DNA of 54,664 nt, the filler included, from Stramenopiles sp. TOSAG23-2 (lineage: Eukaryota), in the NCBI GenBank assembly GCA_900128395.1. It is 4 parts of 4 records of this genome, joined end to end, with 100 filler letters (N's around TTAATTAATTAA, not from the genome) between each part and the next. Parts side by side here need not be neighbours in the genome. Positions count along the whole stretch, not along the records: positions 1 to 13,620 come from LT649793.1; 3 more parts are not named here. One strand, given 5' to 3'. Both the position numbers and the translations under genes were made by a program. Below, piece after piece: positions 1 through 10,238 of the stretch. The first letter of the stretch is position 1, and each line of letters begins with the position of its first letter. Below the pieces are notes generated by a model. The model was not told where the DNA came from. It saw only the letters and a list, made by a program, of their open reading frames with translations, and did not search any database.

Positions 1-740
1 ACATTATGCCCTAAATCCTATCCCTATTCATGATAATAAAGCCCAACTATTACATACTACTAGAAAAAAAAAAATACATTCTTGCCAGAAGATGCAGTCT
101 GGTGCAGCAGATTGCCAGATATTAGCACATTTGCATTTTTTGTTTTTTGGATTGTTGTGTTTTTGGTTTGGGATTGCGGAGAAAATTCGCCAAGATGTTT
201 TTTGGTTTTGATTTTTGGCACTTTGGGTTGTTTGCACGAAAGATCAAACAACAAGTATATGACCTAATTTGATACCAAATGCACAATAATAGTGCAATGT
301 GGACATATAATATCATATAAAAAATTCTCTTATTTTATAATTATATGTCAAGAAATATAAATATTTAATAAGGCAAGTGCAATATAAGAGGAGGAGCCCA
401 ACACAGCTGTGTAACGATGGTAAAGTACTTAACGGCCTTGCGGCAAAAAAGTGTTAAAATTTGGTAATGATATATTTTTAAATTTTTTAAAAAATAGTTA
501 AAACTTGATACTCGTACTATTTATATTTTAAAAGTATGGTCATAATGGGTATTTTTAATATTAATTTTTAAATAATTAATTTTAAATTTTGATTAAGTTA
601 AATTAATAAAAATCAAACCATAATTTTAAATTCCTGTTTGGCGCTTTGTTAAAAAACATTATTCCATTTACTAGTACTATTATATTACGATTAAACCAGA
701 ACTGAAGTGGAACATGAATGAAAGTCAAGTGCTATACATC

Positions 741-2819
741 CTATATTCCTCCCGGCGAAAGAACGTCTGATGTTAAAAACTTATTAGTTAAAGAAGGTGA
801 TCCTTTTAATTTTATTTCTGCAAATTTTTTAGTCAAATTATTGTCGTCGACTTTTTTACGAGAAGATCCAAGTGCTTTTTCAACATCTTTTTTTGTCCAT
901 TTATTATTTCTACCACTTCGTTTACCTTTATTTTTTAAAGTTGTTCTACCACTTCGTAATGCATCTACCCAAGTTTGTTTATACGTTTTATTTCCACTTG
1001 GTACAATACCACGTTTTTCAGCTAGTAATTTTAATTCTTTCATTTTCATGTTTGAATAATCAATATTATTATTATTATTGATATTACTACTAATTGTGCT
1101 TGTGCTTGTTTCTGATACCGATGATGAAAATTCAACATCACTTGTTTCAGATAATTTTCTCTTCCATTTCATTAAATTATTGATCAAATGTTTTTTAGTC
1201 CCAGAAACATGTAAATCACGTTCCCTACACATATCTTTCAGTTGATCTATTGTAAAACGTTCATCAAGCCTTACTGGTCCTAAACCTACTAAATTAAAAT
1301 CCATATTATTATTATTATTGTATATTAACTTCGATGGTTTATGAGGGGTATTTGCATGCCTTTTATTTGTATCAAGTTTCACTTTACCTAAACCTTTCAA
1401 CGAGTCAATATTTTTGTCAACATAGGAAGACTCACCTAAACCTTTTAAATAGTATTGGGATTTCATATTATTAACAAATAAGTTTTCTTCCACATCAGTT
1501 TTAAATAACATAGGGTTTTCGTGTTCTGTTGCCATAGGCATCACATTTAAACTATTCCATGACTTTATGAATTTACTTATATGTAAAGGCATTTCAGTTT
1601 TTATTTCCTTTCCACCAAGTTTTACAGAAGTTCCTGGCCCACCCAACACATTAGTCGAATGCAAATGGTACGAAAGTTCTAAACATTTTGCATAGTAATT
1701 TGGGAGCTCAAACCGTACTTTAATACTTCCAGGTGAAAAATATACTTTAATATAAAATGACTTTTCTGATTTTTCCGAAATTTTGACTGTTTTTGCGTTC
1801 ATCAATCTTGCTAATTTTGCCTTCTCTTCTGCTGTTTTCCCTGTTATACCTGGTGCATTGTTTGGCAAAAACACATTGACCTGCTCTTTAGTCAGCCACT
1901 TGAAAATATCAGAACAGATGTTTCCAGATGAACCTAGATCTTCGCTAGCATCTTTTTTACTTTTTTTGTCGTCTGTCCATTCAATTCTCTCAAGATTAGA
2001 TTGCGAAGCACAATATTTTTCCCATGCCTCATAATTCATACCCATAAATTCAAATAAAGATGTTTCTATCGCATGTTTTAAACTCTTTCGAAAATAATCT
2101 TGTTTGTCTTTATTTTTGATAAATTTATTATAGTCTCCTTCTATGTAAAATTGAATTTGGCATTTATCCGAACAAGATACATGTTCCATATCATCTCTTG
2201 AACCATCTGAACTGTATCCTGTTGTATCAGTGGAGAAACCATCCTCAGAAGAAGAAGAAGAATTAATGCAAACTGACATGGAAGGTGTTAACAAAAAATC
2301 GTCAACGTGTGTCATTTTCCCCCTTATTTGTTCAATTATTTCGTCAATGTTTACATTTAAAACACGCGGGCTGTCACGATCTACTTTTATAAATGGAATA
2401 TCACCAAGCAATTTAAATTCCTCTGGTGCCAATGACATTAATTCTCCTATTTTTTGTGAGTCGTTTCTTCGGACGACAGGTTGAATAGGTATACCAGCTT
2501 CTTTTGCCCATTTCAACTCTTCAAGACAAAACCAACGCTTAAAATATGCATTTTTTTCAGGTGGATCACTAGGATTGTCTTCATTCACACAAGGACCAGT
2601 TATAATTGCAAGAAATAATTTGCAATTCTGAACTCCTTCTTTCATTGCATCTGTCGACAGATCAGACATTTTAACATCTAACCATACATTATAATCTTTC
2701 GTAGTCAATTCATGGTATAGAGTGGCAGCAAGGGTTGTTGCCTGCCCACTGCGTCTCGAGTGACCAATAAAAAAATCCCAATGTCCAGGATCGTTCATAC
2801 TCGTTGTTAATGATGCCAT
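741..2819 (-). CDS. TIR (TIR_2-like) domain protein with a central putative TRADD-N-like domain and two C-terminal SAP/HeH-like modules
   Basis: aa 13-165 show TIR motifs WDFFIGHS, VWLDV, FLAIIT, RWFCLEELKWA and PIQPVV. aa 519-553 FTIDQLKDMCRERDLHVSGTKKHLINNL fit the SAP consensus. aa 587-622 YSNMKMKELKLLAEKRGIVPSGNKTYKQTWVDAL are SAP/Rho-N-like. Uninterrupted 692-aa ORF. Confidence 0.85.
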   Translation of the reverse strand: MASLTTSMNDPGHWDFFIGHSRRSGQATTLAATLYHELTTKDYNVWLDVKMSDLSTDAMKEGVQNCKLFLAIITGPCVNEDNPSDPPEKNAYFKRWFCLEELKWAKEAGIPIQPVVRRNDSQKIGELMSLAPEEFKLLGDIPFIKVDRDSPRVLNVNIDEIIEQIRGKMTHVDDFLLTPSMSVCINSSSSSEDGFSTDTTGYSSDGSRDDMEHVSCSDKCQIQFYIEGDYNKFIKNKDKQDYFRKSLKHAIETSLFEFMGMNYEAWEKYCASQSNLERIEWTDDKKSKKDASEDLGSSGNICSDIFKWLTKEQVNVFLPNNAPGITGKTAEEKAKLARLMNAKTVKISEKSEKSFYIKVYFSPGSIKVRFELPNYYAKCLELSYHLHSTNVLGGPGTSVKLGGKEIKTEMPLHISKFIKSWNSLNVMPMATEHENPMLFKTDVEENLFVNNMKSQYYLKGLGESSYVDKNIDSLKGLGKVKLDTNKRHANTPHKPSKLIYNNNNNMDFNLVGLGPVRLDERFTIDQLKDMCRERDLHVSGTKKHLINNLMKWKRKLSETSDVEFSSSVSETSTSTISSNINNNNNIDYSNMKMKELKLLAEKRGIVPSGNKTYKQTWVDALRSGRTTLKNKGKRSGRNNKWTKKDVEKALGSSRKKVDDNNLTKKFAEIKLKGSPSLTNKFLTSDVLSPGGI

Positions 2820-3630
2820 ATTTATTTATATGACAATAAATAATTTATGATAAGCAAAGGTGGTAGTTGTTTTTATAATAATAGTTAATGTAAATGGTAG
2901 AAATCTTTGGATGTAAGTGTATATCACTTTCAGCACGCATAAATATCTCTTGGATTAAACTTATATATAGTAGCATTTATTCATTTCATCGGAAGATCGG
3001 ATAATTACAGTATAAATATATAATAATATAATTTCAATAATAATATATATAATAAAAAAATGCAACAAGTTGTTGCGAGAGCCCTGCATTATTTTTTGCA
3101 TTTTAATTTAAGTATAATATATTTTAAGTATAAAATTAAGTGTTATCAGGAAGTTATATTGCCTATATAAACCCTCTCGTCGGGGGACTTTTAGAAGTGG
3201 CTGTTTTTGGTGCTCCTAATAAAGCAGTATGGAATAGCATTAATAAAATTCATTAAAAAATATAACACATTAAATTAAATATTTCCGATTTTTAATCGCC
3301 TATATGTAGTCAAAGTTTAGTATAAGGTTGAGTAGTTGTTGATGTTATTTTCATGTAAGCTATAATCCCCCGGCTGTAATTGTAGATATCGTTCACAGAA
3401 AAACGACCAGAAAACAATGCATACATTTCCACACACATATCCGGACTGTTTGATCAAACTATATATTTAGTGCTGCTATTTTGCTAATATGCAGATCAAA
3501 GATAATCTACGAGTATATATATATATATTTCAAAACTAGCTCTGTCTCTACATATATATATGTATGTATCCGGATATAATTCCAATGGATGTTATATATA
3601 TGTATATATAAATAAATAATCATAGAGCCA

Positions 3631-4405
3631 ATGTCCATCTCAATCATAAGAGACCTAAAAAATGAGCTTTCCATCATGGATGGAATCATATATAAACATA
3701 ATAATCAACATCGTCATGGAAAATATAGACCTAAAAAATGAGCTTTCCATCATGGATGGAATCATATATAAACATAATAATCAACATCGTCATGGAAAAT
3801 ATTTTCAAAAATTAAAAATGGTACGTAATAAAATTAAATATATTGTAAATAATTATAATAATAATAATAATATTAAAATAAAAGATATTGAATATATAGA
3901 ACAGTTGGCTGTTTCAACAGCAGAAATATATACAATTTTGTTAGGTAGAAGTTATTTTATGCCACTTGCATTAGTATGCATCTCCTTAATGGCTAAAGTG
4001 ATATCATTATTGAACAATTTAAAAGTATATATATTAAAAAATCAAGATGAAAAACAACCAAGTTCTTCTACAACAAATAATAATAACAATGTAATAATAA
4101 ATACTGATAATCAGGCCGAAAAATACGATGAAAAACAAAGCATAAATACAATAAATACAATGCCAATGAAAACCAATAATATGCTTGAGACGTCTCTAGA
4201 TTCCTTACTTGATAATAATTACAACAGTAACGATACCATTGATGATCATGAATACAATAATAAAAAACGAAAAAAGAAGAAGAAAAAGAAGAAAAAAAAT
4301 AAAAAGATGAAAATAGAGAAAGAAATTGGTGGTGATAATACAAATAATAATAATGATGATGGTGGTGACGAAAGGGATGCAATAGATGATATTTTTGGAT
4401 TTTAA
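3631..4405 (+). CDS. RNase MRP subunit RMP1/NEPRO-N-like protein, frame broken by a 76-bp tandem duplication
   Basis: Motifs IIYKHNNQHRHGKYF and YFMPLALVCISLMAKV, plus a poly-K tail ending DAIDDIFGF. ATG 3631 reads MSISIIRDLKNELSIMDGIIYKHNNQHRHGKY and stops at 3741 because 3651-3726 is repeated at 3727-3802. Removing one copy restores a single ORF. Confidence 0.7.
3651..3802. repeat. Exact 76-bp tandem duplication
   Basis: agacctaaaaaatgagc...catggaaaatat at 3651-3726 and 3727-3802. Confidence 0.95.
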
Positions 4406-4602
4406 AAAAAGATACTGGTATATATAATGTGTAAATATATTTTCAAATTTTAATGTTGTAAATAAATACGTAGCATACGATGATGGTGGTGACGAAAGGG
4501 ATGCAATAGATGATATTTTTGGATTTTAAAAAAAGATACTGGTATATATAATGTGTAAATATATTTTCAAATTTTAATGTTGTAAATAAATACGTAGCAT
4601 AC
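4355..4602. repeat. Exact 124-bp tandem duplication spanning the stop codon and 3' flank
   Basis: gatgatggtggtgacgaaagg...tacgtagcatac at 4355-4478 and 4479-4602. Confidence 0.95.
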
Positions 4603-4661
4603 GAACCAGATCGGTACGACGAGTATATTTTTTTTCTTATGATACGTACTACACTCTTTCT

Positions 4662-7600
4662 CTACTTCTTCTTTCGTTTACTATTTCCACCACCACTATT
4701 ATCTTTTGATCTATTTTCCCATGACAATAATAATAAATTTAATGTATCAGCAAATGGAACTTTTTTAGCTGCTCCACCAGCCCCTTGATTCTTCAAATAA
4801 ATTTTAAAGTTCTTCATACAATCATCTTGATCTTTTTTATTTTTCAATATATTTTTAGTTGCACCTTTGATATTTGATATATGACAGAGAGTTTCACTGT
4901 TTCTTAAACGCTTTTCTAAATGCTCCAATGGTAAAAAAGATTCTATTACAGCCAAAAATGTGGCTCCAAGTGATTTTTTATATGATTTCATCGTTTTTCG
5001 CAATCCTTTTAGTGGTAATACATCATCGTCATATTCCGATTTTGCACCAATGACACCCCCGAACCATTCCACAAGTATATCGTATGATTGAAATTCTGCT
5101 ATCTCTGCCAGGAAACTTTTTAATTGCTTTTTTAAAGAGCCTGCACCATATTCTAGCATAAAGAAATCATGTAAAAACTCTGGAAATGTTTGTATACGTT
5201 GATCAACATTGTCTGCACGAATCTTTCGAGCACATATTTTACCAATGAGCCCTAATAACTGTTGCAACCGAGCTTTCTCCGCATCTTTTGATGATTTTAT
5301 TTCTACTTTCTTCTCACTTTCTACTTTACCCTTATCTGGTGGCACAAATACTTTTGATAATTGAACTAACTCTTCCCTCTCTTTTTCCAATTCTAGTTCT
5401 TTCTCTTCTGCAAAATGATCTGCGATGCCACTTTCCTCATCCTTCAACGCAGCTTCATTTTTACTTATAATATGCTTAATTAAAATGTCTAATTTTTTAC
5501 TTAATGGTCGTTTCGCATCTGAAATTGTTTTCGATTCCGTCATCTCTGCAGTACGGCCTAACGCTTCGAGGAAATCCGTAAATGCTATCTGTGAGCGTAA
5601 AGATCTTCGATCTTGTACACGATCTCCATTGCGTGACTTTGTCTCATCGACTACACACATTATCGAATATGCAAATGGAAGTGCAATGTCATGTCTGGAA
5701 AAAGAATCATTGCATATTTCACTTTCATTGCAAAAATGCGTCCATTCCCTCAAACTCATTTCATACGAAGTTGCAAACGTGAACGAGCCATCCCCACGCG
5801 CATAAAAATTAAATATTGTCGTTAAATCTTCAGCATAATTGCAAAAAGTGGTATTTACTTCTTCAAAATACAAACGTGCATCTCTGAAATTATCCGACCC
5901 TCTGAAAAAAGATGGCCCTGGGAATTGGCCAACATGATCAGTCGTAAAAGCATATGGTAAAATATCTTTATCCATAAATCTACGGATTGCTTCTGATGGA
6001 GAAAGTAAGTCAAATTCTTTTTTACGCGTCTTACTTTTTGTATGGTATTTTTGAAGCGAAGTGCGAACAATCAATTCTAAAAACTCATAACGCATCAATC
6101 CTTGAATTTCTTCCGTTGGCCCTTCATCACTTTGTCGAGAGGACCCTTCTTCATTTGGAACTCCACCACATCTGCCAAAAAGTTTACTTAAATCTTTTGT
6201 TGTCAGTTGATCTTCATCTATAAATCTCATTTCTTGGCAAAATTTCAACCATGCCGATTTTCGAAATAATAGCAAATTACCACCTGAGCCTAATGTTGCC
6301 GCGTAATAACGGAACAAATCCCTAATTGTACCGAAATATCGTGATAGAATTTCTTGCATCGGTTCAAGCTCATCAATGTCATATATTAAATTTGAAATTT
6401 GAGATAATTCCCAATCTGAATCAAACGCTCGTCGTTGCACAACATCTGTATCCCAAAATGATTCTGCATCTGTATCACGGCATCTTATTTGCCATACAGA
6501 TGTATAATACGCATCGCTATCATCTTTTGTCTCATCCTCTGTTTCATCAACGGTATCCTTTTCTTCTCCCGTTAACGAAAAGAAAACTCCCTTATCTGCG
6601 ACTGGGAAATCTAATATTATATCAGTAAATATTTTTCGTTTCAATATAACTTCACCTCGCAATTTTAAAACTTTCTCTATTTCTTTCTTTTCAACATTAT
6701 CCCCGATTCCTCGCCCGATACATGTTCTTATGCATCGTAAAACTTTTAACGAACCATTTGTATCTAATGATTCAATCAATGCTTTTGTTCCTTCTGTTCC
6801 TAATGGATTGAAACTGGCATCCATATATTCCAATGACATATTATCCTCTAAAATCTTTGCTATTTCTATCGCGCCTTTTGCATCTATATTATTATTTGAA
6901 TATGTAATATGTTGCATAGATTGACTATCTAATAACCATCTAGACATAATAGCTGCAACTTCACTATCTAAACCATTCCAATCTATATTTAACGTTGTTA
7001 AATCAGGAGTGACCATATTGTTGTTTGCCAATACTTCAAATATTGCTTTCCCTCCTCTTATTCTTAAATTATTCCATGCGACATTTAAACTTGTCAAGCT
7101 ATTCACTGTTCCTAGATATTTTGCCATTTCCTGTGCACTTAGCCATGACATTTTATTATGACTTATATCTAAATCTTTTAATGTTTTGTTACGATCAGAA
7201 CACAACGCTTGAAAAAAATCGATAAAAAACGAATCGTTAAAATTGTTATTTGCCAAGCATAATTTTTCCAAAGATACACCAGAAGCCAATCCTTTTGATA
7301 GTGCCGGCAATGCTTCAACGTATTGACGCTTGTATCCTCCAATATTATTTGATCCAATATCAAGGTCAAATAAATCAGGTGCCTTTGAGACATAATTAGC
7401 AATTGCAGTTGCTGCTAGACCATCTATATGGTTATTTCTTACGGACAATGTCGTAATTTCATTTGTACTATTTTCCAATACATTAAAAAGTAAAATCGCA
7501 CCTTTTGATCTTAAACAACCATGATTTACATCTAAACTCTCGACATCTTCTTCTAATGCATGCAAGACACGCGTAACAATTTGTGAAGATGTTGCTCTAC

Positions 7601-8429
7601 AGGCTTTTATATACATTTCTGAACTTTTAATTGGTTTGCTTTTGTTTTTACCACGTGGACTATTCGTCAAGACATCAATAACATCATCATCATTCAATGA
7701 ATCATCGCTTGAATTCTCCGAAGAATCATCACTATAAACGTCGGAAAAATCATCTTCAGAAGTACTATCATTATTTGCATGAACTGGAAAATCAAAAACG
7801 TCGCGTCGCAAACTTTGTTGACTTTTCCCTTCATATTTGTCTTTTAAGTTAAAATTGTTACTAGATGCGCCATATATGGAGGTATTAGTATTTTTTAAAG
7901 CTGTCAATGCAAACACATTACTACTTATATTGGAGTAATAGTCCATTTTTCTATCAAACGTATTCCCTGCACTTGCATTGGATCCATACTTTTCATTAAT
8001 TAATTTTTTTTTCATTGCTGTTTTTGTCATAAATGGAAGTTTCTCGTTCTTATTTATTTCCATATCCTTACTTTCAGTTGTCGCCACTCCTTCCGCTTCT
8101 TCTTGTTCATCACCTACTAAATTTTCCATTCGTTCCGTCAAATCTGTTATTTGAAAAAACTGTTCAAACATTTCTGGATCTAACAATATTTTAGTATACA
8201 CAAGGTCTAACGAGGTGCGAAATCGAATAGCTATTCTAGCAGCTACATCTAAAGGCAAAGGCAATTCACCAGTTGATACGTTTATATATGGGGTACTATC
8301 AAATTCGTTAACATCAACTTTTGGTGCTTTTTTACCTTTCTTTTTTTTACCTTTTTTCTTCTTTCCGCCTTTCTTTTTACCACCTTTGCCTTTCTTCTTC
8401 TTACCACCCTTTTTCTTTTTCTTCGGCAT
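4662..8429 (-). CDS. Large RI-like leucine-rich-repeat protein with Lys/Gly-rich N-terminus and EF-hand-like helical C-terminal half (possibly ciliary)
   Basis: About 10 repeats of roughly 28 aa (LxxLxLxxNxI, e.g. ITTLSVRNNHID, LKDLDISHNKMS, LTSLNVAWNNLR) at aa ~295-570. EF-hand-like segments GLMRYEFLELIVR, MSLREWTHFC and IAFTDFLEALGR. N-terminus MPKKKKKGGKKKKG. Confidence 0.75.
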   Translation of the reverse strand: MPKKKKKGGKKKKGKGGKKKGGKKKKGKKKKGKKAPKVDVNEFDSTPYINVSTGELPLPLDVAARIAIRFRTSLDLVYTKILLDPEMFEQFFQITDLTERMENLVGDEQEEAEGVATTESKDMEINKNEKLPFMTKTAMKKKLINEKYGSNASAGNTFDRKMDYYSNISSNVFALTALKNTNTSIYGASSNNFNLKDKYEGKSQQSLRRDVFDFPVHANNDSTSEDDFSDVYSDDSSENSSDDSLNDDDVIDVLTNSPRGKNKSKPIKSSEMYIKACRATSSQIVTRVLHALEEDVESLDVNHGCLRSKGAILLFNVLENSTNEITTLSVRNNHIDGLAATAIANYVSKAPDLFDLDIGSNNIGGYKRQYVEALPALSKGLASGVSLEKLCLANNNFNDSFFIDFFQALCSDRNKTLKDLDISHNKMSWLSAQEMAKYLGTVNSLTSLNVAWNNLRIRGGKAIFEVLANNNMVTPDLTTLNIDWNGLDSEVAAIMSRWLLDSQSMQHITYSNNNIDAKGAIEIAKILEDNMSLEYMDASFNPLGTEGTKALIESLDTNGSLKVLRCIRTCIGRGIGDNVEKKEIEKVLKLRGEVILKRKIFTDIILDFPVADKGVFFSLTGEEKDTVDETEDETKDDSDAYYTSVWQIRCRDTDAESFWDTDVVQRRAFDSDWELSQISNLIYDIDELEPMQEILSRYFGTIRDLFRYYAATLGSGGNLLLFRKSAWLKFCQEMRFIDEDQLTTKDLSKLFGRCGGVPNEEGSSRQSDEGPTEEIQGLMRYEFLELIVRTSLQKYHTKSKTRKKEFDLLSPSEAIRRFMDKDILPYAFTTDHVGQFPGPSFFRGSDNFRDARLYFEEVNTTFCNYAEDLTTIFNFYARGDGSFTFATSYEMSLREWTHFCNESEICNDSFSRHDIALPFAYSIMCVVDETKSRNGDRVQDRRSLRSQIAFTDFLEALGRTAEMTESKTISDAKRPLSKKLDILIKHIISKNEAALKDEESGIADHFAEEKELELEKEREELVQLSKVFVPPDKGKVESEKKVEIKSSKDAEKARLQQLLGLIGKICARKIRADNVDQRIQTFPEFLHDFFMLEYGAGSLKKQLKSFLAEIAEFQSYDILVEWFGGVIGAKSEYDDDVLPLKGLRKTMKSYKKSLGATFLAVIESFLPLEHLEKRLRNSETLCHISNIKGATKNILKNKKDQDDCMKNFKIYLKNQGAGGAAKKVPFADTLNLLLLSWENRSKDNSGGGNSKRKKK

Positions 8430-9250
8430 GATGGTTATTGTGCTATTTTAAATTCCTATTCGTCTTTAATCTTGTTGTTTGATATATTTCTAACACAAGA
8501 AATACATTTGATGCAAGAGTTTAATATCAATACATGCATGTGTTGTGAGATGAATATTATTTTCCACAGTAGTGCATCATCATAATGGTAATAATATATA
8601 ACAGAGAGGTATAATAATAATAATAGTCGTCGTCAATATAATAGTTGCAATAATGGTATCAGTACCGTATATATCTGGACTAAGGAAAAAATAACTGTCG
8701 CCAACGCGAAGCTGTTGTAAGCATAAATATGGAAAGTTGGAGAAAGAAACCCCCGATTTACTATATTTAATAGAAATTATTGCATTAATATAAATAAGTT
8801 TAAAAGGGAAATTAAATTTATCAAAATATTAATTAAAATATCCACTTTTATTTTATTTTACTTTAGAATAGTCGTTTTGGTACCCATTTTAAGCCTGATA
8901 AATCTTTTTAATCCCTTTTTATGTTTACTAAATACCAGACGACTTATATAAAGCTGTAATAATAAATAACATATAATTGGATTATCATCACAACGAACTA
9001 TATCCTTTTCAATATATATATATTATATTAATAATAATTCATACATATTCACCACATCAAAACTTAAATTACACGAAAATGCATACTTCGTATGATGTAG
9101 GTATATATATATATGATTCTAGATGCTTGGTCGTATTAGTATTTCTTCGAAATTTTTAATAGAACCATATGCAGATATGCTGATGTATATACGATATACA
9201 TATATAGACTATGTGTTATATCATATATTTCCATCATTGATCAACAACAT

Positions 9251-10238
9251 TTACTTTGATTTTGCCGTTTCTTCTCGCTTATTCATAGCTGTGCCATAAG
9301 CCGTTGCACCTAAGAAAAGGCCGACGAAAGCGATCACCATGTTTACAACTTGTGCACTTGCATCATCTGTGTTACCGTCTACAACATTTTGAATACGGAA
9401 CATTTGCCACATTGCAAGTTGAGCAAAGTTGTAGATCCAGAAGTCTCTGCACATTCTTAGTTTAGAATTTTCATGTGAAATACCAAGAGCACAGAAACCC
9501 ATAATTCCTTGTGCCATCAAAGCTGAACCCCAACCGCCCATTAAAGTTCCAAACCATGCAACAGTTTCTGCACTGTATTGGCCTGAGCTTAAGTATTGAG
9601 CATTCATTCCATCAGCATTGAATACCATCATAACACCAAAGAATGTACCGACAACTGATTGGTATAGAATTGCACGTTCGACTGCATTGCCCATTTTAAA
9701 TGCAAATGAAACTTTGCTGCCAGAAGCTGACCATAAAGAAAAGCCACTTAAAGCAATGAAAACACCAATTACAATGTTTGCATATATACCAGATGCTGGC
9801 ATTCCAACTTTTGCTGCGAAGGCAAGGTCACGTGTTACTCCAACGAAAACGTTCATTACACCAAGAATCATTGCCCCTAAACCTGCGGCAGCTTCTGCGT
9901 CGGAATCAGCATACTTGGTCAACGATCTGAACGAACTGCCAAACCAAGTGAAGCCGAAACCAAACAATGCCATCATTCCATAAATCATGCGTCGATTATT
10001 TGCTCCACTTGGTAATTCGCAACCATATAATACTGCAATTTTGTCGGCGAACAAAAAGCATGCTAATCCAAACCAACTTGTCTGTATAACATATGAAGTA
10101 GATGTAGTTAGTTTTTAATTTGTTTATAATTATGTAAATAGGTGCAGGTAAAAAAAGGAAGAAATGATATTACAGATGTTTTAAACATACGTATTGGATA
10201 ATAAAGGTATTTCCCACTGATTTTGGTACGATAGCCAT
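9251..10238 (-). CDS. Polytopic membrane protein (~8 TM, two internally similar halves); two exons 10238-10191 and 10081-9251, 292 aa
   Basis: Exon 1 ATG 10238 MAIVPKSVGNTFIIQY splices in frame to TSWFGLACFLFADK. Hydrophobic helices throughout. No family recognised with confidence. Confidence 0.8.
10082..10190 (-). other. Spliceosomal GT-AG intron, 109 nt, phase 0
   Basis: 5' GTATGT, branch-like ACTAAC (+ strand gttagt 10107-10112), 3' TACAG. Splicing gives a start codon to an ORF that otherwise begins at TTG. Confidence 0.85.

Noticed and set aside
1-260. ccctaaa-like words at the start and a T/G-rich tract suggesting telomere repeats
   Set aside because: There is no regular tandem array; one ccctaaa and low-complexity sequence are not enough.
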